DNA of 64,000 bases, taken from positions 4,340,001 to 4,404,000 of the forward strand of contig OZ210885.1 of assembly GCA_964658305.1 (NCBI GenBank). The letters run 5' to 3'. The notes under the pieces are model-generated. The model made no database searches. It had not been told where the DNA came from and was given only the letters and a program-made list of their open reading frames with translations. The stretch comes from Leptogorgia sarmentosa. Its lineage: Eukaryota. This document shows positions 11,453-22,252 of this stretch, one piece after another. Within the stretch, counting starts at the first letter, position 1, and every line of letters begins with the position of its first letter. Made by a program: the position numbers and the translations under genes.

Positions 11453-13187
11453 CAACCTCGTACCCAGGCTCTCTCCTCATAACCCCAAGGGGAGGAGAGA
11501 CCCTGGTTGCGGCTGGTCACGTGACTGGAGAATAATTAGCTGCCTTAGGGGGTGATGGGAGAGTATCATATTACATGTTTCCACTTGGCGTACTTTTCCT
11601 GTCGCGTTCGCCATGCTGGATTACATTGTCTTTTTATCGTGCTTGGAGTTTGCTGTTTTAAATAGCTTCTACGATGAGATTGTCTTTAAACCAAAGCAAG
11701 TTGTTTGCCTCGAGAGCATGTATTTGCAAAACGATGTAATGTGTGTTTTGCCAACGGGCTATGGCAAATCATTGGTTTTCCATCTTTTGCCAATGTTGTT
11801 GTTTGTGAGAGGCAGAATTTGTGGTTGGGGGTCGAGAGATATTGCTGCCACGACAGTTTCGTCGATTGTTATGGTTGTGTCCCCATTAAACTCTTTAATA
11901 AGTGACCAAGTTGCCCGTTTATATGCGAGTGGTATTCGAGCGTCGGTTATAGATGTTATCACGAGACAACACCAAAGCAACGTTGATTCGGAAGAAAATA
12001 TTGAACACGATGTTGATTTCCGTCTTTGCGAAGAAGCTAAACTACGTGCTGGTCATTACCATCTAGTTTTTGCGCATCCAGAATCGTTAATTTCCACTAA
12101 ATATGGACGGGAGTTGTTATTGAGCAAAAACTACCAGGAAAATGTTGTTGCCATTGTCATAGACGAAGCTCATTGTATACTGGATTGGTAAGTAAAAAAT
12201 ATTTGATATTCTTATAACATAGGTAAATTAGGTATATATCTATATATGAAAAAGCAGGTATGAAAATATACCAGTAGTCACCAATTCATATATATTTTGC
12301 TAGCATGTTGCTGAAGGTTCATAATACATGTTTCTTATTGCAGGGGAAATGACTTTAGAACAGACTATGGGAAGTTAGGAGTGCTTTGTGCATATTTTCC
12401 AGACGTGCCGCAATGACTGCCACGGCTAATAAGGCAGATATCAGGTGTATCCAGAATTCGTTGGGGTTAAAAAATTGCAAATCCATCATTGCCAATCCCG
12501 ATCGAAAGAATATTTTTTATAAAAAGGTCTTTCGTGATGGGCAAGATGTTGATGCAATTCCATCAATCTTGGAACCAATTGCTATGGGCCTTCTGCAGAA
12601 GAAAATCGACTATCCATTAACAATTGTGTATATCCCATTAAAATTTTGTGGATTTGCGTACAAGTTGTTCGAGTATGTCCTTGGTACTGAGCAGTACTTT
12701 CCCCTTGGCTCTGACAAAATTCCTGAAAATCGCCTGTTTGCCCAATTTCATGCTCCGCAAACATCCCAAATGAAGGATGACATCCTAAAAAACTCTGTTC
12801 AGGAAGAAGCATTGTTCGGTAATTTTTGCAACAGTTGCTTTAGGAATGGGTGTGGACATATCAAATATTCGCCACATTGTACATATTGGACCTCCAACTA
12901 CAGTAAAAGCTTACATGCAAGAAACTGGACGTGCTGGGAGAGATGGCAATCCTTCATGGGCTTGCTTGTACTATAACAACCGGGATATTGCAAAAAATAG
13001 AGTGGGCATGCAGGATGATATGCGTCATTTCTGCTCAAGTAACAATCAATGCCTAAGAAAATTGATGTTAAAGTCAATGGACTATGAACAGGATATTTTG
13101 ATAAAGCCATTGCATGTTTGTTGTAATGTTTGTAAAAATGATTGTACGTGCTTCGAGTGTTTATCACTTGATATGGAGAACTTGTAA
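11453..13187 (+). mobile_element. AcademH-like element fragment: palindromic terminus plus a disrupted RecQ-like SF2 helicase gene (exons 11613-12187 and 12344-13187)
   Basis: LPTGYGKS, VVSPL, HPE, DEAHC..W|GNDFR across a GT-AG intron (12188-12343), TAT, ATVALGMGVD, QETGRAGRDG and a Cys-rich tail. Frameshifts occur near 12410 and 12790-12820. The terminus is CAACCTCGTACCCAGG. No transposase or second end was found. Confidence 0.7.
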
Positions 13188-15385
13188 GTTTAGTAAGGTT
13201 GTATACTGTTGTAGCAAAAACACTTTGAAGGCATTTCCACATGCAATAATCCAATTATTATAATAATGAGGTCGAGAATGACAAACTGAGGCTTGCTAAT
13301 TCTTCATATCTTGTGAAAGTCAAAATTGATATTAAGTTTTATTATTATTTGAAACAATGGAAGAATTTAGGTTGTAGCACATATTTGAGGAAGCCATTTG
13401 TGTTGTTTTACATTCCTGCTTCATCACGAGTTGATGTCATAACATAAATGAAAACGCTCATATGATGCGACCATAGATTTGAAACATGAGGGCTAGCCAA
13501 TCAGAATCTACAAATTCTTTCATATAATAATAATGCAAGTACATGCATGAGTACGGATATATATGTAAAGTGAGTGTCCAAAACAAATATGCTGTAGCCT
13601 ATAATAAATACCTGCTATCAAGTGTTTCTCTTAGAAGGGCTCTACAATAATTTTGACAGCCATGCCAACTCAAGTGTAGGGGATGGATGTGTGTTTGAAT
13701 AATAAACAACTGACTAAACATTCAGTTTGTGTACTGTATTTTAACATTTACAGTACTTGTAATTTTATGGATATAACTTCAATACAATTTTTACATTTTA
13801 ATACCATTGTGCATTTTGTGTCCATACCTATCAATGTGATTATGAAATTTTTTACAGTGCATGTACTATGTGCAATAGAAACTAGTTTAATTTTAAAAAA
13901 ATATTGTTTGACCAATTGGTATCATTATCCTTTCTGTTATATTATCATATAGTTACTGGAAATACACCGGGATTTTTTTGTCATAAAAACAGCGATTTTT
14001 ACAAAACTATATGAACGATTTGCTTGTTTCATATAAATTTACGAAAATGCATTGAACTCAAGCTTTTGACAAACGAATGGGCTTATGAGGACTGTTTGGT
14101 CGCTAAAAGAGTGATGTTCATATAAAGTTCTATATAAAATTCTTGAACTTCATCACTTACAAACTGAAGGTTGTCCAAAATCGTGTCGTTTCTGTTACGA
14201 CCATTCTTGCAATCTTAGTATATTTATGTTTAGTATATTTGCTCATTTTATTTCAGACAACATAATTGTATTAAATCTCGATGGAGTTTTGAATGCACCT
14301 TTCACCTTTGGCAGATAAGCTTTAAAAGTTGCAACCCTATTTACTGTACCCTATTAACCAGTATTCAGTAATTTTTCTCTTATTTTTTTCTAGATGACAG
14401 CAGTGTTAATTAGAACTTCATTCTTTGGAGGTGAAAACATTTATTCAAAGAAAACATTGTTTACTATAGGATTAGTATAATTGTAGTTATTAATGTTTCT
14501 CTTATGGTGGGTTACGCCTTTAAAATCAACAGTTAAATTTTTCCTTATATTTGAAAGTTAAGAAATTCAAGGATGTGTACGAGCTGTGTATTATGTTTTT
14601 ATGTAGCATTAAGCCTAATTTCTTTTAAGCATTTCTCTCTGTTTAATAACTGCCCCTCTAATCTGATATTTTACATTGTAGTGGCAAACAATTTTAAGTG
14701 CACAGTATTTAAGGCAGAAGACCAACTTGCAAGGTTATAGGATTTAATGAAAGCAGTCTGGATCAGAAATACCTGAAACTCATTTGAAAGGCATAGAGCT
14801 TGCAATTGTTTTAGATCAAGAGGTGACAACTAATGGCAAGGATAACCCATTGCTATGAGACACTTTTTTACTATGCTATCACTGCTTGACATAAGACAAG
14901 TTTAAAAATGTTTGCCTAATATATCCAGGTGATTGGCCAATCTTTGGTAATTCTTTCTAGTTTTGATATATCCATTCCATGGTATCTTTAACCTAATTTG
15001 GTTTGACCTTCATAGAAAAAATTCCAGATTTAATTAGTTTTGAGAAAATTCTAGTAAATGATGTAGCTACTAACTAAATTGAATGTGTGGATTTTAAACA
15101 TGACTGTAAAAAGGTTAATTTTTTAATTCAAACCGAGACAAAGAGGGTTCAATACTGGTAACACACAGGAGTGATACAAAATAGACTGTGGTAGAAATAT
15201 TGTCAACACTGAGACAGATACTGTCTTGCCTGGTTTTGTCACGTGAGATTTATTGACATTTTCTGAGGAGCGATTTTTAATCAAGGCGCCTCTTAGTTGT
15301 GAATATTACTGTGTATTTATAATCTTCAACGATTGAACAAACGTAAATTTTCAAAAAAATTCAAACAAAAACGTTAAAACGTGAA

Positions 15386-15918
15386 ATGGAGCAAACTTTG
15401 CCCAAAAAACAGAAGAAAAAAACAGGTACAACAAGGTGCTTGGCATTGAATTGTGGCAACAACAAAAGAGATAATAAAGAACTCTCTTTTTTCCGTTTTC
15501 CTAAAGATGTAAGCAGGTGAGCTTCAAGACTCCGGAAATTGCCTGACCAGGCAAAGTATTGAAGATAATTGAACCTACAGAAATACAATATAGTGGCAGG
15601 ATGCATGCAGTAGTTTTGACGCTCAATCTCGTTCCCAGGGTCTTGATCCTAGCTACCTGCAGAGGAAAGATCCTGGGAATGAGGTTGTTCGACGCTTTGT
15701 TTTGGTTTGTTTTAAAAAATGGGTGCAAAAAATGGGAAGACTGCCGACGGGAAGACTTTCACCACTACAACACAGAAAAACTTTATAAAAACATCGGCTT
15801 TGCAGCATTCACTTCAGAGAGGGAATGTTTGCAAATAACTCAAAAACAAGATTGAACATACTGCCGTTCCAACCATCTTTGACGTCCCGAATCCTCCTCC
15901 GCGGATAGCCGTAAAGTG
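15386..15918 (+). pseudogene. Spliced THAP domain (THAP12/PRKRIR-like, hAT- or P-derived), degraded
   Basis: Exon 1 reads CLALNCGN..RDNKELSFFRFPKD up to a GTGAG donor. Exon 2 reads CKKW..CRRED...LYKN..LCSIHF...AVPTIFDVPNPP with frameshifts. Confidence 0.75.
15624..15687. mobile_element. 64-bp palindromic MITE with a 9-bp TSD (AcademH-type ends)
   Basis: CAATCTCGTTCCCAGG...CCTGGGAATGAGGTTG flanked by TTTGACGCT and TTCGACGCT (8/9 identical). Confidence 0.75.
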
Positions 15919-18049
15919 AAGACTGATATTTCGGCAAGAAACTCCAAAAAGCTATAATTTAAATTCTAGTTTACCCTTATATAAAAACCAGGGAATGCAG
16001 AGTAATTCTTGTACAGTCTATGCTAGAACAAACCGTTGAATTTAGGTGAGAAAATTAAATGTAAAAAGAGAGTGTGAAAGACTGTAAACAAAATGTAAAC
16101 AAACCCTTTGTTTATATTAGGTATCGTCTCGACCAGCCATTTGAGCGAACCGCTGACGAGGCTGGTTTTGAAATTCAAATTATTCATAATTATAGTGATC
16201 TGATTGGTCTGAACTGCCTAGAGTTGATGGTCTGCAACAAAAGGTCTCTTGAGTAGTATTTTTATATTTTGCATAAAATGTGATCTGTTTAGAGACTAAT
16301 TTATTACAGAATTCTGTGCTCAGAATGCAAGAAATGGTAATTCCGAGGTTCAAATTTTGAAAATTTATCAACGAAGAATGGCCTTGAACCCTCTAATTTT
16401 GTGAGTTTCAGGCATGGTCAGATTTTAGGCTGTATCTGCACCTGCTTACCTTTAAATGGCACGATTATGAGCTTTGTAGTAGGGCTGCTAAGACATAAAA
16501 TCCTTCAAATTGTGAACACAATCTGAAACTTGGCACAGATACTCATTAGGGCATGGCCAATAAGGAATGGAGGGGTTGCCCAAAATTTGAGCAGGGGAAA
16601 GTGTCCATTTTGGCCCCCAAAGTGACGGCTTTGGCAATTTTCGGCTCTATTACGAAAATGCAGTATTCCGAAGTCAAAATAAATCCATACTGGTCCCAAA
16701 CACGGTTTTCACTTAGCCTTTATATTTTACATCCTCGCTAAGTAAAGAAAAATGCCAAGATACATCAAATAATACATAAATAACACATGTATAATCTTGA
16801 TGCGATTAATAAAAGTTCAAATCATACTTGTATTTCACACTGATATGTGAAATAATAACCTAATTTGAAAAAAAAACAATCCTTTAACGTATCTTGGTAT
16901 GTAAGAAATGCTTTTCTATACTAAAATCGTTTGTTTGCCTTTTGGAATACCATATAATTATATTTATACCGACAGACAAAATGAAAGCCGTATCCGCCAT
17001 TTTGAATTTTGACATCTTCGAGGATGCGAATATCCACAATTGTCCCAGAGTACCCTCAAGCCTTTTTGCCGGACTTTTAAGTTTTTGAAACGTTGTTGCT
17101 GGAAAAATTACAGTAAAGAATATAAAAATAATATAAAGAATATTCTGAAAGGTGAGTTTTACTTAATGTTCTGCTTTATGTAAATGTAATATGCTCTTTA
17201 AGTGTAGGTTTAAAATTGTTAGATATTTCTTTAAAGTTTTATGTCCATACTATATTATGATAATCTTGCTTTGTGATAACCATTTTGCGTTGTGTTTTGT
17301 GAATTTTGCTTTACTTGTCTTCTGAATTTGTTTTAATACAAATACTTAATTATTAAATACATGATTTGGATGCACGGTGATGTTGAACAAACATTTTCAC
17401 ATTTCATTTAAGTTATATGATGTAAAATATCACATAGACGACAAAATGGATTGGAGTTTATGTGTTCTGTGCCAACACGACAGCGATAATCTCGTTGTAC
17501 CGTCTGCAAATTCGAATACGGCTGTATGTGGATATTCACAATTAGCAAAGAATATAAGTGCATTTGTTGACGAAGGTCTTCCACTACCAAATAAGATCAC
17601 CTCTACTTTGTCCGATTTGGAAGGGGATACAAATGTCGCTGATAACCTGAAAGCAAATAAGGCCCAGTGGCATAAGGGATGCCAAGCAGAGTTAGCGCCT
17701 TCGAAGTTAAAGCGTGCGTTAGAATCCAATGCGAAAAAAAAACGCAAGAAAGAACTTTCCAATTCCGGGGATGTGCCATCAAAAAGAACACGTTCCAGCT
17801 TAGATGCCAGCACACTATTACAGTCCTGTTTGTGTCTTTTTTGCAATGAACCAGGCGAATTCAGAGCAGAATATTGTTAAGTTATTGATCAACGTAAGCT
17901 TTTATTTCTTTTTCATAAGAACAACCTAGTACAACAACAACAATAACGATAACTCCCGGGGAGTCCCTGTCTAGATTAAGGGTCACTCTGTCCCAGTCTC
18001 TCAGCGCACCCCGTTACATCTCCCTCCTTCAACGTTCAACGTATTTGTT

Positions 18050-21000
18050 TTAAGTTTCCGTGACATAGTCTTCAAGATATGCCGGTCGGCGTCTTTGTCT
18101 GCTGGATGTTCTCTGTTGACTAACTGGTTCCTCAAATGCAGGGGTTGTCGGTAAGTCCGCCGGATTCTGTTCTTTCATTGGCAATTCTATATCTGCTTCC
18201 TCCTCATCTGATTCCAACGTTTTTCGAAGATGTCTGCGATTTCTTCTGTAATTTCCTCCACTGTCGGCTCTGACAATATACGATCTCGGACTAACAATCG
18301 CTTGCACCTTTCCTTTCCCCCAGGTTTTCCTTCCCTTCTCAGGCAGCATACGGACTGCATCTCCTACTTCGAGTGCTGGAAGTTGCTTTGATCCTTTGTT
18401 GTAGTAGTACGCTTGTTTAGTTTTTGCTTGTTGCAGCTCTTGTTCTGCCGAACGCCAACAAGTAGGCTCGAGCAGTGTGCGCGAGGCTGGGATCGTGGTT
18501 CTGGTTCTCCTCCCCAACAGTCGTTGGGCTGGTGAGGTAGTCATGCCATCTGAAGGTGTGTTTCGATGCTCTAGTATTGCCAGGTACGGATCTGATTTCG
18601 CGTCCAATGCCTTTTCCATAAGGCGCTTTGCTGTCTTTACCGCGCTTTCCGCCTTCCCATTTGATTGTGGATATCGAGGCGACGAGGTCACATGCTCAAA
18701 TTCATATTTCGCGGCAAAATCCTGAAATTCACTAGAACTATACTGCGGGCCGTTGTCACTGACAACACGCTCTGGAATACCGTAACGTGCCATGTGTGCC
18801 TTTAACTTGTGGATAACCTCAGCGCTTGTCTTCGAGTATAGCCTGTCCACCTCAATGAAATTAGAATAGTAATCGACCGTAACTAGGTAATCCTTGCTTC
18901 TGAGCTCAAACAAATCTGTTGCGATCGACTCCCATGGACGTGTGGGGACTGGAGAACTCATAAGAGGTTCTTTCTGGTTTGCTGCTTGATACTGCGCACA
19001 AATGTTGCACTTCGCGATGACCTCCTCAATGTCCTTGTTCATACCTGGCCAATAACAGATTTCCCTCGCTCTTCTGAGTGTCGCTTGTATCCCACTGTGG
19101 TTGTGATGAAGTTTCACTTTCATGTCTGCTCTCATTCCTGCAGGAACAATCAGCCGTCCCCCTTTAAGAATAACTCCATTTTGTACGGTAAGTTCATCGC
19201 GGAACGGGTGATACACTCGTAATGCCTGAGGAACTTCGGATAGTGTACTTGGCCACCCTTCTTTTATAATTTGGACCAATGCCTGCAAGTGGCTGTCTGC
19301 TTCCGTTTGTTCTTTAATGTGGACTAACGTACTTTCGCTAACCGCTAGGTCCTGCAGCATATCCACTTGTTCTATTTCTCGCTCTGCTTCTGATATACCG
19401 TCATACATGGTCATTACTGCCTCCGTCTCTCCAGCTCCTGCCGTATGAGGCCGGTTGAGAGTTGCCCGACTTAGCGTATCGGCCATAAACATAAGTGTCC
19501 CCTTTTTGTACACCACTTCGAACTCAAACTTCTGGAGTCGTAGTATCATTCTTTGCAGGCGCTTTGGAGCATTTAGTAGACTCTTCTTCAAAATAGACTC
19601 TAGTGGCTTGTGATCAGATTCTACGAGCACCTTGCGACCGTACAAATAACTTTCGAATCGTTCCATCCCGAACACAATTGCCAGCATCTCTTTCTCAATC
19701 TGAGCATAGTGAACTTCAGTTGGAGTGAGAGACCGCGACGCATAGGCCACTGGTTGATTGTTTTGTAACAGGCAGGCACCAAGACCATTCCTGGAGGCAT
19801 CGCACTGCAGGACTGGCACGATATTGGTGTCAAAAAACCGGAGTACTGGTGGTTCAGAAAGGATTTGCCGGACTTCGTTCAATGCTTTACCATGCACATG
19901 TTCCTCCCATTTGAATTCATTTCCTGTCTTAATCAAGTCACGCAACGGTGTGGTAATTTCGGCTAACCTAGGCGCAAACTTCTGGACATAATTCGCCATG
20001 CCAAGCAATCTCTGCACTCCCTGTTTATCAGTGGGAATTGGCATATCCCGGATTGCCTTCGTTTTTTCTGGATCAATCTTTAATCCATTTGTTGTAAGAC
20101 GATGGCCCATGTAACTCACCTCGTTGAGTTGCAGCTGGATCTTATCTGGGTTCAACCGGAGGCCTTTCTCTTTGCAGCGTTCCATCAAAAGTCTGAGGTT
20201 CTTGTCATGGTCGCGATAGGCTTCGTCATCGGTCGCACCACAGCCAACAACCAGAATATCATCAGCGATGACTTTGATTCCCGGGAGACCCAACAGGATG
20301 TCATTCACACGACGTTGAAACTCCTCCGGTGCAGGTGATAAGCCGAATGGCATTCGCAACCAACGATAGCGACCCCACGGAGTGCCGAAGGTTGTTGCAT
20401 AGGAGCTGGGCTCGTCAAGACGAACATGCCAAAACCCATTTTTGGCATCTAGAACTGAGAAACAGCGAGCATGTGCCAGATCGGGTAGAATATCATCAAT
20501 GGTGGGCGTCGGGTAATGATTACGCTTGAGAGCCCGATTTAATGGTTTAGGGTCGATACAAAGTCTGAGGTCACCACTCTTCTTGACAGTAACTACCAGG
20601 GCCGATATCCAGGGTGTTGGCGTATCTACAGGGGCTATGACGTTTGCCTCTACTAGTCGGTTGAGCTCTGTTTTCAATTTATCTTTCACAGCCACAGGGA
20701 TCTTCCGAGTTGGGAGCTGAACCGGGGACATGGATTCATCCAACTCCAAATGTAGTGTCCCCGGCAGAGTTCCTTGACCCTGGAACACCCCAGGATACTC
20801 CTCAACGAGATGCTGTTTGGTTAGAGGCCTGGGTACATCTGTTACACTTGAGTCAGTAGTAAAAATGTTCTCCTGTTTTACTACCAGTAAGTTCATGAGT
20901 TGACTAGCTTTCGCCCCTAGTATTGACTTACAATTCTCTTTCACAACCATGAATTCCACACTGTATTTCTTCTGGTTCTTAGGATTAATAACTTGAATCC

Positions 21001-22132
21001 TTGTCTTCCCGATTGGCTTCACTTCGGACCCATTATACATTACCAGAGTTGCATGTGTTGGCACCATGTCCTTAATGGGCTTGCGAAAGCAACTTTCGAG
21101 TGTGCTTTTCGATAACACATTCACTGTCGCGCCACTGTCAAGTTGAAAACGCTCAAGCTTTCTGTTAATCATCAGGTGGGCACTGGGCTTGTAGGTGTAT
21201 TGATCAGCAGTAACCGCACCTACCTCCTCTTTGGTCTCCAACTGAGCTATGTATTCTTCTTCTGACGAGTCGGTTGCCACGTTAACACCCGAGACTGACT
21301 TTCGTGGGCCACCTGATCTTCTTTGCGCATTACAAACAACTGCGAAGTGATTCTTGCGTTTACACAATGAGCACGTTTTGCCCCAAGCTGGGCATTTAAA
21401 CTTATCTCTGAGGTGCGATGTGCTGCAGAATTTACACCTGATTACCCCATCTTCGACTCTTTTCCTTGGACTGTTCTCGCTCAGCTGCCTTCGGCCAACG
21501 GCTAGCACGTCCTCGCCTTTCGCTTTCATTGACTCGAGTTGCCTTGAGGTCTTTTCACAAGACCGACAGATATCTATACTTTGCTGCAGCGTAAGCTTCG
21601 AGACTTGTAGTAATTTCTTTCGTGCAGAGTTGTCCTGAACACCAAGGACCATACGGTCTCTTATCAGGTTATCTTCCAAATTACCAAAGTTGCACGTCTT
21701 AGCTAGAGTGCGAAGGGCCGTATAGTAAGCATCAACTGTCTCGTTTGACTCTTGATCTCGCTTATTAAAACAATAGCGTTCGTATGTTTCATTTGTCTCT
21801 CCAATACAGTACTTTTCCAACTTATCTATGACAACATCGATATCCTTTCTCTCGTCTTCATTCTCGAAGTCCAGTCCGTCAAACACATCCAAGGCATCAG
21901 GTCCTATACACGTTAACAAGGTGGCTGTTCTTAGCTCTTTATTTGTATCCGGGTTTTGTGGATCCTTCAAGCGTGCGGCGATTTCGTAGTTGTTCCACGC
22001 TCGATAAAACCGCTTCCAATTCGTCGCAAGATTTCCTGTCATGACCAGCTGCGAGGGCATGGGCAAATTCACTGGAATTTGTACGATTGTGGCTGCCTGA
22101 GACGCCGTCGTCGAATCCTCGTGGTCCGACAT
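18050..22132 (-). CDS. gag-pol: Gag-Pol polyprotein, 1360 aa (Gag with Zn knuckles, protease, RT, RNase H, integrase)
   Basis: CSLCKRKNHFAVVC knuckle, LDSGA protease, LDAKNGFW/RMPFG/IADD RT, CDAS..G/YAQIEKE/DHKPL RNase H, and HHCC plus D..SDNG..E integrase. Single uninterrupted ORF. Confidence 0.97.
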   Translation of the reverse strand: MSDHEDSTTASQAATIVQIPVNLPMPSQLVMTGNLATNWKRFYRAWNNYEIAARLKDPQNPDTNKELRTATLLTCIGPDALDVFDGLDFENEDERKDIDVVIDKLEKYCIGETNETYERYCFNKRDQESNETVDAYYTALRTLAKTCNFGNLEDNLIRDRMVLGVQDNSARKKLLQVSKLTLQQSIDICRSCEKTSRQLESMKAKGEDVLAVGRRQLSENSPRKRVEDGVIRCKFCSTSHLRDKFKCPAWGKTCSLCKRKNHFAVVCNAQRRSGGPRKSVSGVNVATDSSEEEYIAQLETKEEVGAVTADQYTYKPSAHLMINRKLERFQLDSGATVNVLSKSTLESCFRKPIKDMVPTHATLVMYNGSEVKPIGKTRIQVINPKNQKKYSVEFMVVKENCKSILGAKASQLMNLLVVKQENIFTTDSSVTDVPRPLTKQHLVEEYPGVFQGQGTLPGTLHLELDESMSPVQLPTRKIPVAVKDKLKTELNRLVEANVIAPVDTPTPWISALVVTVKKSGDLRLCIDPKPLNRALKRNHYPTPTIDDILPDLAHARCFSVLDAKNGFWHVRLDEPSSYATTFGTPWGRYRWLRMPFGLSPAPEEFQRRVNDILLGLPGIKVIADDILVVGCGATDDEAYRDHDKNLRLLMERCKEKGLRLNPDKIQLQLNEVSYMGHRLTTNGLKIDPEKTKAIRDMPIPTDKQGVQRLLGMANYVQKFAPRLAEITTPLRDLIKTGNEFKWEEHVHGKALNEVRQILSEPPVLRFFDTNIVPVLQCDASRNGLGACLLQNNQPVAYASRSLTPTEVHYAQIEKEMLAIVFGMERFESYLYGRKVLVESDHKPLESILKKSLLNAPKRLQRMILRLQKFEFEVVYKKGTLMFMADTLSRATLNRPHTAGAGETEAVMTMYDGISEAEREIEQVDMLQDLAVSESTLVHIKEQTEADSHLQALVQIIKEGWPSTLSEVPQALRVYHPFRDELTVQNGVILKGGRLIVPAGMRADMKVKLHHNHSGIQATLRRAREICYWPGMNKDIEEVIAKCNICAQYQAANQKEPLMSSPVPTRPWESIATDLFELRSKDYLVTVDYYSNFIEVDRLYSKTSAEVIHKLKAHMARYGIPERVVSDNGPQYSSSEFQDFAAKYEFEHVTSSPRYPQSNGKAESAVKTAKRLMEKALDAKSDPYLAILEHRNTPSDGMTTSPAQRLLGRRTRTTIPASRTLLEPTCWRSAEQELQQAKTKQAYYYNKGSKQLPALEVGDAVRMLPEKGRKTWGKGKVQAIVSPRSYIVRADSGGNYRRNRRHLRKTLESDEEEADIELPMKEQNPADLPTTPAFEEPVSQQRTSSRQRRRPAYLEDYVTET

Positions 22133-22239
22133 ATTCCAACACTATTTCGCGATTATTGCACACGAGTCCTTGTTGTAAGAGGTTACGGAGCTTCTGTTAC
22201 AACAAAGTAGCTGTCTGACGATAAATGACGTGTTAATTT

Positions 22240-22252
22240 ACTCCTGGTACCA
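22240..22252 (-). promoter_or_regulatory. Primer-binding site, likely tRNA-Leu(UAA)
   Basis: TGGTACCAGGAGT directly follows the 5' LTR. It is complementary to the ...ACUCCUGGUACCA 3' end recalled for animal tRNA-Leu(UAA). Confidence 0.65.

Noticed and set aside
11613..13187. Host RecQ/WRN/BLM gene
   Set aside because: It has only the helicase core, is frameshifted, and starts 160 bp inside a transposon-like terminus.
16505..16741. Short ORFs mirrored at 27331-27567
   Set aside because: They are translations of the two Academ TIRs, not genes.
18477..22210. Short ORFs overlapping gag-pol
   Set aside because: They are shadow frames of the long polyprotein ORF.
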